The notes below the pieces were generated by a model. That model was not told the DNA's origin. It searched no databases and saw nothing but the letters and a program-made list of their open reading frames with translations. Positions 27,951 to 36,558 of a DNA stretch of 49,274 bases are shown in pieces (the stretch's first letter is position 1; each line of letters opens with the position of its first letter). The DNA is taken from assembly GCA_045106895.1 (NCBI GenBank), contig JBGCFM010000063.1:1-49274 (forward strand), in the 5' to 3' direction. Origin of the DNA: Polyangiales bacterium. GTDB lineage: Bacteria > Myxococcota_A > Polyangia > Polyangiales > Houyiibacteriaceae. Both the position numbers and the translations under genes were made by a program.

Positions 27951-30109
27951 TGGCGGGCGGTGTGGGTATCGACGGACCAAGCGTTCCAGCTGCTTCTGCG
28001 CAGGTCGCGGTAGGTCATCTCGTCAAAGTCAAAACCAGGGATTCGAACGGCATAGATGAACCAGCTGATAAGGCCGTCCTCGATGTCCTCGAGGTCGAGT
28101 CCAGGGATGTCGGCGAGGTTCGGGATGGGCGCGCTCGTTTGGTCGCCGCGGACGAAGTAGCGCCAAGCGGGATTGTTGTTCGAGTCGACGAATCCGATGA
28201 AGTAGTAATCCGGCTCGGTGCCGCCTTCGCTCTCCCAGCGGAGAATCCTGTCGTCCGGGATGCGCTCCCCAAAGGCCGGCGCTGTCGGCACGGCGATGGG
28301 CGGGAACCCGCGGACAACCACCTCCGAGTCGACGTCACGAATGCCGGCGAGCCGCGCGACGGTGACGGGGTCGCTGCCGAAGCTGCCCGTGACCCAGCCC
28401 GCTTCAACGCGGTAGCGACCGTCGGAGAGCGCGCCCTGAATCGCAGGCTGCGCGTAAAAACGGAAAGGTTGGTCCTTGGTCACCGCCGTCGCCACGTCCA
28501 GGCTCTCGCCGAAGACTCGCCGCACGATGACGCCCTCGCCGCCGAGGTCGACATCGGCGCTCACTTCAAAGCGATTTGGGCCAAGAACAGTGGGCTCCGG
28601 GAGGTCTTCGAGGCGAACGTCCAAGTAGTGATCAAGGGGGATATTCATGACCATATCCGCTCCGTCGATCTCTTCACCTGGCCCGGCCAGAATGTTTCGG
28701 GCGATACCCATCACGTAGGGCACGAACTCCCGCGTGCGGCGGTTTTCGAGACCAGCCAAGCTGTAGACGGCGAAGGCAGCGGGCCGAACGAAGATGCGGT
28801 ACGGATAGCCACGTCGGCCCGGAGAGGATTCGACGATTCGCTGAATCGATCCACCCGTCGAGGGGTCGGGGTTGGTGCAACTTGGGCTGGTACCAGCGCA
28901 CGGCTGCGTCGCGTAGACGTATGCGACGCGTGTCCAGTCCGAATTTCTTGGCTCAGGGACGTTGTCCCACGGGTTCGGGTTTACGACCTCAAACTCGATG
29001 CCGGCGGTCCAGATCAGCTCGCCGCTGACGAAAGCACCCGAACGCCCAGCTCCAGCGCCGCCGCCGCTCCCGGGGTCTCCGCAGCGAAGATCCAGCCACG
29101 GCGTCAGAAAGATCGACACGTTCTGCGCATCGAAAGCCACCCAGCTCGTTGTCTCGTAACAGAACTTCGCGGCGTGCACGACTTGCTGTCCGAAGAGGTC
29201 GTCGCCGGAGAACGTGATCTGGCCGAGGATATTGGTGAGCCCTTGGTGCTCCTCCGCCTGGTCGCCGACGAACACAAAGGCGTCTGGGACTGGGAGGCCC
29301 GTGGCGGCGTCAAAGACACTCACGTTTAGGGTGCCCTCGAGGGGCCCACCCGCGAGACCGCCAAAGGTGGGGTCTGAGGCGTCGTAGAACTCGAAGGCAT
29401 CTTCGAGGACGATGGGCTCAAGCGCTGGGTCGCGCTCAGACGGCATGTACGTCACGTCGACGTAGCCGGGTGCCGATGCCGGGGTCTCGCAGCGAAGAGT
29501 GCTCGTAGAGACGATCTCCAGGTCCGTGCACGGGCGGCGTCCGAAGAGCACCACGTCTCCTTCGGCGAACTCCGTCGCCATTCCCGTGATGGTCACGCGA
29601 GTACCGCCGCTGACACTTCCACGGGAGGGATCCAGGGCAAGGGCGTTGTACGTGTAACCATCCGCGAGCGTGACGGCGCTGCCATCGGCGAGGGTGACGA
29701 CGACGTCGGCGGGTCCCGGTTCGCCCGCCGGCATCGCCAGGATCAGAGCGCGATTCTGGTCGACGACATCGAGGTCCGGCGCGTCGACGAGGCGGCCGCC
29801 GATCTCGATGGTCATGCCATCTTCGAAGCCGCCACCGCGAACGAGGACTTCGTTGCCACCGAGAAACGGACCGTTGCCCGGAGCGAGTCGAGTCAGCGCC
29901 AGGTCGTTGCCGCCGATGCCACCGTCGGGAAACCCGACGTCCGGGTTTCCTTGAGGCCCCGTGTCCTCTTGCCGAGGTGCCGGGGGCTCACTCAAGAGCG
30001 GCGGAATGCATGCCGTGGAAAACAGGAGAGCGCCCACTACAAACGCCCCAAACAGCGCGTTCGCCGTTTGAAACTCAGGTCGTTGATTCTTCCCGCTCGC
30101 TCTCGTCAT
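27947..30109 (-). CDS. IPT/TIG-domain lipoprotein
   Basis: Lipobox STAC; two IPT repeats (PGNGPFLGGNEVLVRGGGF and PSRGSVSGGTRVTITG). Start is ATG 30109 or TTG 30130. Confidence 0.85.
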   Translation of the reverse strand: MTRASGKNQRPEFQTANALFGAFVVGALLFSTACIPPLLSEPPAPRQEDTGPQGNPDVGFPDGGIGGNDLALTRLAPGNGPFLGGNEVLVRGGGFEDGMTIEIGGRLVDAPDLDVVDQNRALILAMPAGEPGPADVVVTLADGSAVTLADGYTYNALALDPSRGSVSGGTRVTITGMATEFAEGDVVLFGRRPCTDLEIVSTSTLRCETPASAPGYVDVTYMPSERDPALEPIVLEDAFEFYDASDPTFGGLAGGPLEGTLNVSVFDAATGLPVPDAFVFVGDQAEEHQGLTNILGQITFSGDDLFGQQVVHAAKFCYETTSWVAFDAQNVSIFLTPWLDLRCGDPGSGGGAGAGRSGAFVSGELIWTAGIEFEVVNPNPWDNVPEPRNSDWTRVAYVYATQPCAGTSPSCTNPDPSTGGSIQRIVESSPGRRGYPYRIFVRPAAFAVYSLAGLENRRTREFVPYVMGIARNILAGPGEEIDGADMVMNIPLDHYLDVRLEDLPEPTVLGPNRFEVSADVDLGGEGVIVRRVFGESLDVATAVTKDQPFRFYAQPAIQGALSDGRYRVEAGWVTGSFGSDPVTVARLAGIRDVDSEVVVRGFPPIAVPTAPAFGERIPDDRILRWESEGGTEPDYYFIGFVDSNNNPAWRYFVRGDQTSAPIPNLADIPGLDLEDIEDGLISWFIYAVRIPGFDFDEMTYRDLRRSSWNAWSVDTHTARQ

Positions 30110-30175
30110 TCCACTCTTTCTACGCTTCAAGTCTCAAAGCGGATCGGTAGGCAAGTTGGTCGCAGGCCTTCCCTG

Positions 30176-30203
30176 AGTATCCGGGGCCCAGAGGCAGTGT
30201 CAA
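30176..30203 (-). promoter_or_regulatory. Putative sigma70 promoter TTGACA-N16-GATACT for the IPT/IgGFc operon
   Basis: Perfect -35 TTGACA (30203-30198) and -10 GATACT (30181-30176). Confidence 0.55.
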
Positions 30204-30314
30204 CCCCGGCCGGACAGGGCGAGGGAAGGCGGAAAGCGCACATCTCTTGCATCCAGCGTCACCAATGCGATGGTGTCGCCACGCCGCTTCTTTCCCGCCG
30301 CGCGCCCTACCCTT

Positions 30315-31415
30315 GTGAAGCTCTATCGCATCGTCCTCAGCGACCTCCATCTGGTCACCGGCTCTCGGCCTGGAAAGCTCGACCCCTTCGAGGACTTCTT
30401 CCACGACGAGCGTTTCGAAGAGCTCCTCGCCCACTATGGGGAGGACCCGGACGCTGAGGTGGAGATCATCCTCAACGGCGACATCTTCGACCTCCTCAAG
30501 GTACGGATTCAGGGGAAATGGCCCATCGAGGTAACCGACGAGGTCGCTACTGAGAAGCTGCGTATGTGCCTGGATGGGCATCCTGTCTTTGTTCGTGCGC
30601 TCAAACGCTTTCTGGACAACCCCCGACATCGGGTCACGTACCTCCCGGGCAACCATGACCTCGATATGTGGTTCACCGGTCCCCAGGACCTGCTCCGGCG
30701 CTACATCGCCCCCGGCGACGCCGGCGAGCGTGTTCATTTCGTCACCAATGGGGACACGTACTACCTGCCGGAGGGCATTCAGGTTCGTCACGGGCACCAG
30801 TTCGAGCGGATCCACCGCGTCGACTACGCCGACATGACCGTCAAAAAGCCCGATGGCCGTGTGCTCCTCAAGTTTCCTTGGGGGAGCTTGTGGATCATGG
30901 AGGTCATGAACCCGCTCAAGGAGCACCGGTCGCACATCGATCGCATCCAGCCTTTGGGACGTTTCATGTGGGCCTCGTTCTTTCTCGACCCGGGCTTTGT
31001 CTTCCGCTTCTTCTACCACTCGACTTGGTACTTCTTGAAGCACCGCGTGTTTCACCTTCAGGCTTGGCTTGATCGAATCCGCTCGATTCCGAGGCTCGTG
31101 CGCGAGGAGCTCTTCGAGCTGACGGACGGCTACGACGAGCAAGCGATTCGTGCACTCAACCGAATGCGCGGCGCCCACACGCTCATCGTCGGTCACTCCC
31201 ACGGTCCACGCTTCATTCAGCTTCCCAACGGCAAGACCCTCGTCAACACCGGCACGTGGGTCAAAATGATCAACCTCGACCTCAAATACCTCGGGCAAGA
31301 CAGCGGCCTGACCTACGCCCTCATCGACTACGACGACGTGGGCAAACCGCGGACGCGCTTGATGCGCTGGCTTGGGCAGAGCGCGCCCTGCGAGATGGTT
31401 CCTCATGCGGACTAG
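30315..31415 (+). CDS. Calcineurin-like metallophosphoesterase
   Basis: SDLH, GDIFD, GNHD, HGH and GHSH metal motifs plus NTGTW. Start is GTG 30315 or ATG 30270. Confidence 0.9.
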   Translation: MKLYRIVLSDLHLVTGSRPGKLDPFEDFFHDERFEELLAHYGEDPDAEVEIILNGDIFDLLKVRIQGKWPIEVTDEVATEKLRMCLDGHPVFVRALKRFLDNPRHRVTYLPGNHDLDMWFTGPQDLLRRYIAPGDAGERVHFVTNGDTYYLPEGIQVRHGHQFERIHRVDYADMTVKKPDGRVLLKFPWGSLWIMEVMNPLKEHRSHIDRIQPLGRFMWASFFLDPGFVFRFFYHSTWYFLKHRVFHLQAWLDRIRSIPRLVREELFELTDGYDEQAIRALNRMRGAHTLIVGHSHGPRFIQLPNGKTLVNTGTWVKMINLDLKYLGQDSGLTYALIDYDDVGKPRTRLMRWLGQSAPCEMVPHAD

Positions 31416-31812
31416 CCTCGTCGGCGTCGCACTTATCCTGGTGCCTGTCTTTTTGACACCGACGGCGACAGCTCAGCCCACAGCCCTGCATCTGGAACTC
31501 CTCGCGCCCGAGGTGATCCGGCCGGGTGACCGGGTCTCGTTGCGCCTTGTTGTCACCCCCGCCGGCGAGGAGGCCATGCTCATCACGCCGACCTCCGAAG
31601 GCGCCGCCGTCGTCGTCGCGCGGGGACGGCTACAACGGCGTGACGGGGCCGTCGACGGCGATAGCCTCGTCGTCCAGGTCCCCATCATCGCCCAACACGC
31701 GGGGCACGCCCTCGTCCGTGTTCACGTAGAGACCTACGCCTGCGAAGGCGAGCGTTGCCGCGCCATCGAAGCGGACACAAGCGTCGCCCTCGACGTTGTC
31801 CGCGCTCCCTAG
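31405..31812 (+). CDS. Small secreted beta-rich hypothetical protein
   Basis: Signal peptide MRTSLVGVALILVPVFLTPTATAQ; CEGERC pair near the C-terminus. Confidence 0.6.
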   Translation: MRTSLVGVALILVPVFLTPTATAQPTALHLELLAPEVIRPGDRVSLRLVVTPAGEEAMLITPTSEGAAVVVARGRLQRRDGAVDGDSLVVQVPIIAQHAGHALVRVHVETYACEGERCRAIEADTSVALDVVRAP

Positions 31813-31852
31813 CCGCTTTCGTTTCTCGACGTCAGGCACTAGGCTCGAATGG

Positions 31853-33322
31853 GTGAGATGTCTTTCGTGGCTCCTGCTCTTGGCGGCTTGCACGCCTTCC
31901 TCAAACCTCGACCTGGCCGTCGACCTTCTATCCGACCTGCAGCCCGGTCTCGAGGTGGACCGCTTCGAGCTGCGCATGAACGACGTGTCTGTTTTCGATG
32001 GACTGCCGTCTGGCTCTCTCAGCGAGGGAGCACGGGCCGTCGACCTCGAGGTGGAGGCGGGCGACCACATCATCGCAGGGCGTGCGTTCTTCAACGGTGC
32101 GATGGTCGCCGAGCGCCGGGTGCTCGTGCAGGTGCGGGAGGACCAAGCGCTCACCGTCGTGCTCACACGAAACTGCCGCGATGTTGAATGCGACGAAGCT
32201 GGCACGACGTGCGCTAACGCGATGTGCGTCGATCCGCAGTGCTCACCGGAAACTCCTCAGTTTTGCGCATCGTCGCAGTGCGAAGTAGCGACGGACTGTG
32301 ACCCCGCTGGCGAGTGTGGCCGTGTTGAGTGCAGGCTTGGCGCGTGTCTCGTCATCGACGACGGTCGTTGCGGGCCAGGACTCTACTGCGCTGGTGACGA
32401 CGATTGTGTCGTCATCCCCAGCGACGCAGGCGTTGCTGATAGCGGAGTTCTTGACGCGGGGGTCACCGACGCGGGGAACGACGCTGGGATCACCGATGCG
32501 GGGAACGACTCCGGCCCTGCCGACGGGGGAGCCTCGGACATCCCAGTTCTTACAGATACGGGCCCCGACGTCACCACTCCTGCGTGTGAAGGGTTCTGGG
32601 GGGAGCTGCCCGTCGGAAGTGTCGCCGTCGTCGGAGCCGATATTGGGGGCACCTCAAACCTCTCCGTCACGCCCGCCAGCGCCCTACTCGCGCCGACGCT
32701 GAGCATTGATCTCTGGGTTCGCTTCATCGAACCGTTGGACGAAATGGGTATCATGGGCAGTGCCTTTGGGACGGAAGGCGGGTTCACCGTCCTCATCTCA
32801 AGAACGAAGGAGGGCGACGGCTTGCTCACGTACCTCATCGAAGAGACACCCTTCTCATTTGAAGCGACGGGGCTCCTGGATGGCTGCTGGCACCACATCG
32901 CGCTGGTCCGCGACCTCCCCGCCGGGCGACTGTCCTATGCGCAAGACGGCAATATGCAAACGTTGAGCGTGGCGCCTCGAAGCGCGCCACTGATGGCCGG
33001 CGAATCGGGTCTATTTGTCGGTCGAACGACCCAGGGCGACGACCCGAGGGCGCATATCGCCCTCCACCACCTGCGCTTTTGGAACACCGCCCTTAGCGAG
33101 AATGAGCTTCGCGTTCTACGCGCCGTTCAAGCCGGAACTCTCGACCCCCGATTGATCGATTCGATACCGATGCAGATGACCACGCCACGAGACGGCGTTC
33201 AGTTCTTGGATTCCCGCGGTACGCTTGAAGCGTTCCTGGGTTGGTACAGCACGCCAGTGGGCAACGCCGCTGGCGTCATGATGACTCTCGGCGAACTAGA
33301 TACCTACGCAGCCGGCTTCTAA
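31853..33322 (+). CDS. Cys-rich lipoprotein with a C-terminal LamG/concanavalin-like domain (paralogue 1)
   Basis: GTG 31853 and lipobox LAAC; Cys-rich module; DAG linker; LSIDLWVR, DGCWHHIALVRD, LFVGR, LRFWNTALS. Confidence 0.85.
   Translation: MRCLSWLLLLAACTPSSNLDLAVDLLSDLQPGLEVDRFELRMNDVSVFDGLPSGSLSEGARAVDLEVEAGDHIIAGRAFFNGAMVAERRVLVQVREDQALTVVLTRNCRDVECDEAGTTCANAMCVDPQCSPETPQFCASSQCEVATDCDPAGECGRVECRLGACLVIDDGRCGPGLYCAGDDDCVVIPSDAGVADSGVLDAGVTDAGNDAGITDAGNDSGPADGGASDIPVLTDTGPDVTTPACEGFWGELPVGSVAVVGADIGGTSNLSVTPASALLAPTLSIDLWVRFIEPLDEMGIMGSAFGTEGGFTVLISRTKEGDGLLTYLIEETPFSFEATGLLDGCWHHIALVRDLPAGRLSYAQDGNMQTLSVAPRSAPLMAGESGLFVGRTTQGDDPRAHIALHHLRFWNTALSENELRVLRAVQAGTLDPRLIDSIPMQMTTPRDGVQFLDSRGTLEAFLGWYSTPVGNAAGVMMTLGELDTYAAGF
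32463..32509 (+). repeat. 27-bp-period duplication in the DAG linker (TDAGNDAGI-TDAGNDSG)
   Basis: TCACCGA(C/T)GCGGGGAACGAC at 32463 and 32490. Confidence 0.8.
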
Positions 33323-33325
33323 GGC

Positions 33326-34420
33326 CTAAGCCGCAAGTTGCACGCGAATTGGCTCCTGCAGGCCCGTGTTCGCCGCGAAGTTCGCCAGTCGAGAAGCGAG
33401 CGCGGCCGTGATCTCCGTTCCCGCCTTCATCACAATCTGCCCTGTGCTCGTGAGAATATCCTCACAGACGCTCATGCCGGGGCGCAGGTCGGCGGCGCGA
33501 ACGGCACGTAGCTGCTGGTCGTGTCCCCCCGGCTCCACTCCGAGAGCCCTGCCAACATGCGTTCCGTAGTTCGCACAGAGTATCTTCACCGCATCACGCC
33601 AGGTCGTACCGCTGACCACCTTGGCTGCGAGAACGCTGCAAAGATCCATAAGCGCCTGGGGCTCGTCGAGGGTCTTAGGAATCGCCGGTTGGCAGTTGGC
33701 GATGAAGTCCGCCACCCGTTCAAAGCGCGGAATATGTCGAACCATCTCCGCCGCCACCGCGGGAACTCGTTTGACCATCTCATCCTCGGTCTCTGACAGT
33801 GTCTGGCCCGCGACGTGGCGCTCCACGACGTCCGTGGGAAGGGAGATCTCTCCAAGGCCGCGCAGGAGCGCGGCGGTTTTCAGCGCCCACAGCGTCTCGC
33901 CGGCGACCGGCGTCGTGGCGGCGACGCGCGTGAGAATGACCCGGGCGAGCTTGTTGCGCCGAGCGCTCGCGGGACACGCCACGGCCAACACTTCGGCGAG
34001 GGTTTCGACGGCGCCGGTCACCGTCGTCTGAAGCAACTCGAGTTCTGCATCGCGGGCGCGTTTGAGCACCATGGCGTCTTCGACGGCTTCGAGGAGGTCG
34101 TCGCAGGAGCACGGCTTTTTGAGAAAGCGAAAGATGCCGCCCTCGTTCACCGCACGCAGCGCCGACTCGGTGTCGGCCTGACCCGTGAGGAGAATTCGCA
34201 TCACCGTGGGGTACTCGTTTCGAACCTGGGCGAGGAGCTGCGCGCCGTCCATTTGCGGCATGCGCATGTCCGAAACGATCACGTCGATGGGGTTTTCCGA
34301 CAGCAGGTCGAGAGCGGCCCGTCCGCCCTCCGCGGTGAAGACATCGTGGTCGAACTCAAGGTTACGCCGGATACCCTCGAGAACACGAGGTTCGTCGTCT
34401 ACACATAGAATCGCCACCAT
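33326..34420 (-). CDS. Response regulator with a degenerate HD-GYP-like domain
   Basis: REC (VDDE, SDMRMP, LTG, KP); AALLRGLGEISLP in place of AALLHDIGK; no GYP motif. Start overlaps the upstream stop (TGATG). Confidence 0.85.
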   Translation of the reverse strand: MVAILCVDDEPRVLEGIRRNLEFDHDVFTAEGGRAALDLLSENPIDVIVSDMRMPQMDGAQLLAQVRNEYPTVMRILLTGQADTESALRAVNEGGIFRFLKKPCSCDDLLEAVEDAMVLKRARDAELELLQTTVTGAVETLAEVLAVACPASARRNKLARVILTRVAATTPVAGETLWALKTAALLRGLGEISLPTDVVERHVAGQTLSETEDEMVKRVPAVAAEMVRHIPRFERVADFIANCQPAIPKTLDEPQALMDLCSVLAAKVVSGTTWRDAVKILCANYGTHVGRALGVEPGGHDQQLRAVRAADLRPGMSVCEDILTSTGQIVMKAGTEITAALASRLANFAANTGLQEPIRVQLAA

Positions 34421-35532
34421 CAGACTGCCCCCGCCAACAACACCTCTCGGGCGCGGGCGATGACCGCTTGGTCCTCATCGCTCAGGTCCGAATCATCTGT
34501 TTCGTTGTGGACCGCCCGGTCCGCGGCGAAAATCGCGCGTCCTAGTTCACTGCGTTCCGCGAAGGGGTGGTGATGCTGTTCCACGGCCAGCGCGATATCG
34601 TCACCAATGTTCCAAAGTCGGAGTAGGTGCCCCCCGAGAGCTCCATGGCCAAACCCAAGCGACGCATGCTCCAAGTGAGAGTTTGCTAAGCCCTCGCTGT
34701 GCGCTCGCTCCGCTTGTTCCGGGAAATACGCAGCCATCAGCAGAACGCCGACGTCGTGGAGCAAGCCCGCAAGCAGCGCCGCCGGCTGCAACTCTCTGGG
34801 CACAAGCTGCGCCGCGAGCATGCCCACCTCCTGGGAGTGCGCGTGCATGTTCTCAAGGTTGAGCCATATCGGGACCTCGAACCTTTCATAGGTTTCGACG
34901 GCGAGAACCAGCGCGAGGACGGTCTTTGAACCGAGCCTTCGCACCGCTTCCTGAACCGATGAGACCGCGCGACCTCGCGCGTAAAAAGACGTATTCGCGA
35001 CATGAAGCAGCTTTGTGGCGATGGCCATTTCGCCGGCGATTACCGTCGCGACGTCGTCCAAGCCATCGCCCTTGTCCAGCATCGCCACAACCCGGGCGTG
35101 CGTCTCCGGACGGCTGGGGAGCGCGCCGACGTTTCCAACGGCTTTCGCGAGGGCTTGCTCGGATGCGTTGCGCCGGAGTTCGTCGCAACGTGAGAGCACG
35201 CGCATCAGCTCATCGGGCTTGCACGGCTTGCTGAGAAACTCGTGCACGCGCGCCATCGCCTCGCGAGCCGCGTCCTCCGTGGTGTGCCCCGAGAGCACAA
35301 CACGCACGGTCCCCGGTGCGAGGTCCTGAGCCGCAGCGAGCACCGCCAGCCCATCGACGGTGGGCATACACATGTCCGTCACCAGGACATCGAAGAAAGA
35401 CTCTCCCAGGTGGCGAATTGCGCACTCGCCACCCACCGCGAACTCGAACTCCCAGTCGTCCGGGGCATCGAAGAGCAAGTTCTCGAGCGCTTCAAGAATC
35501 CGGGGCTCATCATCGCAGAAGAGTACACGCAT
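34420..35532 (-). CDS. REC-HDOD signalling protein
   Basis: REC (CDDE, TDMCMP, LSG, SKP); HDOD motifs LPSRP, KLLHVANTSFY, AVRRLG, AGLLHDVG, LLRLWNI, AVEQHH. Confidence 0.9.
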   Translation of the reverse strand: MRVLFCDDEPRILEALENLLFDAPDDWEFEFAVGGECAIRHLGESFFDVLVTDMCMPTVDGLAVLAAAQDLAPGTVRVVLSGHTTEDAAREAMARVHEFLSKPCKPDELMRVLSRCDELRRNASEQALAKAVGNVGALPSRPETHARVVAMLDKGDGLDDVATVIAGEMAIATKLLHVANTSFYARGRAVSSVQEAVRRLGSKTVLALVLAVETYERFEVPIWLNLENMHAHSQEVGMLAAQLVPRELQPAALLAGLLHDVGVLLMAAYFPEQAERAHSEGLANSHLEHASLGFGHGALGGHLLRLWNIGDDIALAVEQHHHPFAERSELGRAIFAADRAVHNETDDSDLSDEDQAVIARAREVLLAGAV

Positions 35533-36558
35533 CTACGCCGCCTTTGCTTGGACCAGAGGAATCATGATCTCGAAGGAAGTGCCCTTCCCGGGCGCCGACT
35601 CAATCTCGATGCTGCCCGCATGGTCACGAATGATCGTGTGGGCGATGGCGAGACCTTGGCCGGTCCCCTTGCCCACGCCCTTCGTCGTAAAAAATGGGTC
35701 GAAGGCGCGCTTTCGAACATCCGCCGGCATGCCACAGCCGTTGTCACCGATGGATACCATCACAGCGCCGCTCTCCTCGCACTGTCGCGTCTGAATGCGA
35801 ATGACGCCTCCCCCCTCGGGCTTCGCGTCGGCAATGGCGTGGGACGCGTTGACGATGATGTTGAGAAAGACCTGACCGAGTTCGCTTCCGTGAGCAGGCA
35901 CCAGAGGGAGTGCGCTCGCAAACTCACGCTGCACTTCAGCGACGTACTTCCATTCGTTCTTCGATACGGTGAGCGTCGTCTCGAGAAGAGAGTTGAGGTC
36001 CGTCGGTTCAAACTCGACGCTCCCCGGATGGGAGAACGCCTTCATGGCGGCCACGATTCGGCTAACCGCGTCGACCCCTTCGACGGTCTGTTCCAGGGAG
36101 CGCGGGATTCGCTCTTGGAGAAACTGAGTCTTGGCTTTGCGAACCGCCGCGGCCATCTCCTCGTTCGTCTCCGCCGCTTTCACCACGACCTCAAGGAGAC
36201 CCGAGAGCTTGCCAAAGCCCTTCTGCAGGAACTGCACGTTGTCCCCGATGTACTGCATCGGAGTGTTTATTTCGTGTGCCACGCCCGCAGCGAGTTGACC
36301 TACCGCTTCGAGCTTCTGAGCATTGAGAAGCTGGGCTTGAGTAAGGCCAAGCTCGTGCACCGCTATTTCGAGCGCTTCCGTGCGCAACGCGACGAGTGAC
36401 TGCAATGCAGCGTTTTGATCGAAGAGCACAAAGGACCCGTGGGGCACTTCGCCGGCCTGTCTCGCTTCGGCGACTTCGACGAGAGCGTCGACTGTGCGTT
36501 TGAGGGCGTCACGCTCTCGCTCAAGAGCCTTGTAGCTCTCTTCATCCACCTGACTCAT
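35533..36558 (-). CDS. Cytoplasmic histidine kinase (HisKA + HATPase), FIST/NosP-associated type
   Basis: GQLAAGVAHEINTP, QVFLNIIVNA, DNGCG, FDPFFTTK, GTGQGL; no TM; N-terminal coiled coil. ATG overlaps the FIST gene stop. Confidence 0.93.
   Translation of the reverse strand: MSQVDEESYKALERERDALKRTVDALVEVAEARQAGEVPHGSFVLFDQNAALQSLVALRTEALEIAVHELGLTQAQLLNAQKLEAVGQLAAGVAHEINTPMQYIGDNVQFLQKGFGKLSGLLEVVVKAAETNEEMAAAVRKAKTQFLQERIPRSLEQTVEGVDAVSRIVAAMKAFSHPGSVEFEPTDLNSLLETTLTVSKNEWKYVAEVQREFASALPLVPAHGSELGQVFLNIIVNASHAIADAKPEGGGVIRIQTRQCEESGAVMVSIGDNGCGMPADVRKRAFDPFFTTKGVGKGTGQGLAIAHTIIRDHAGSIEIESAPGKGTSFEIMIPLVQAKAA

Noticed and set aside
30131..30314. SRP, 6S or other known ncRNA in the structured intergenic region
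   Set aside because: No SRP helix-8 motif or other recognisable consensus; better explained as a promoter region.
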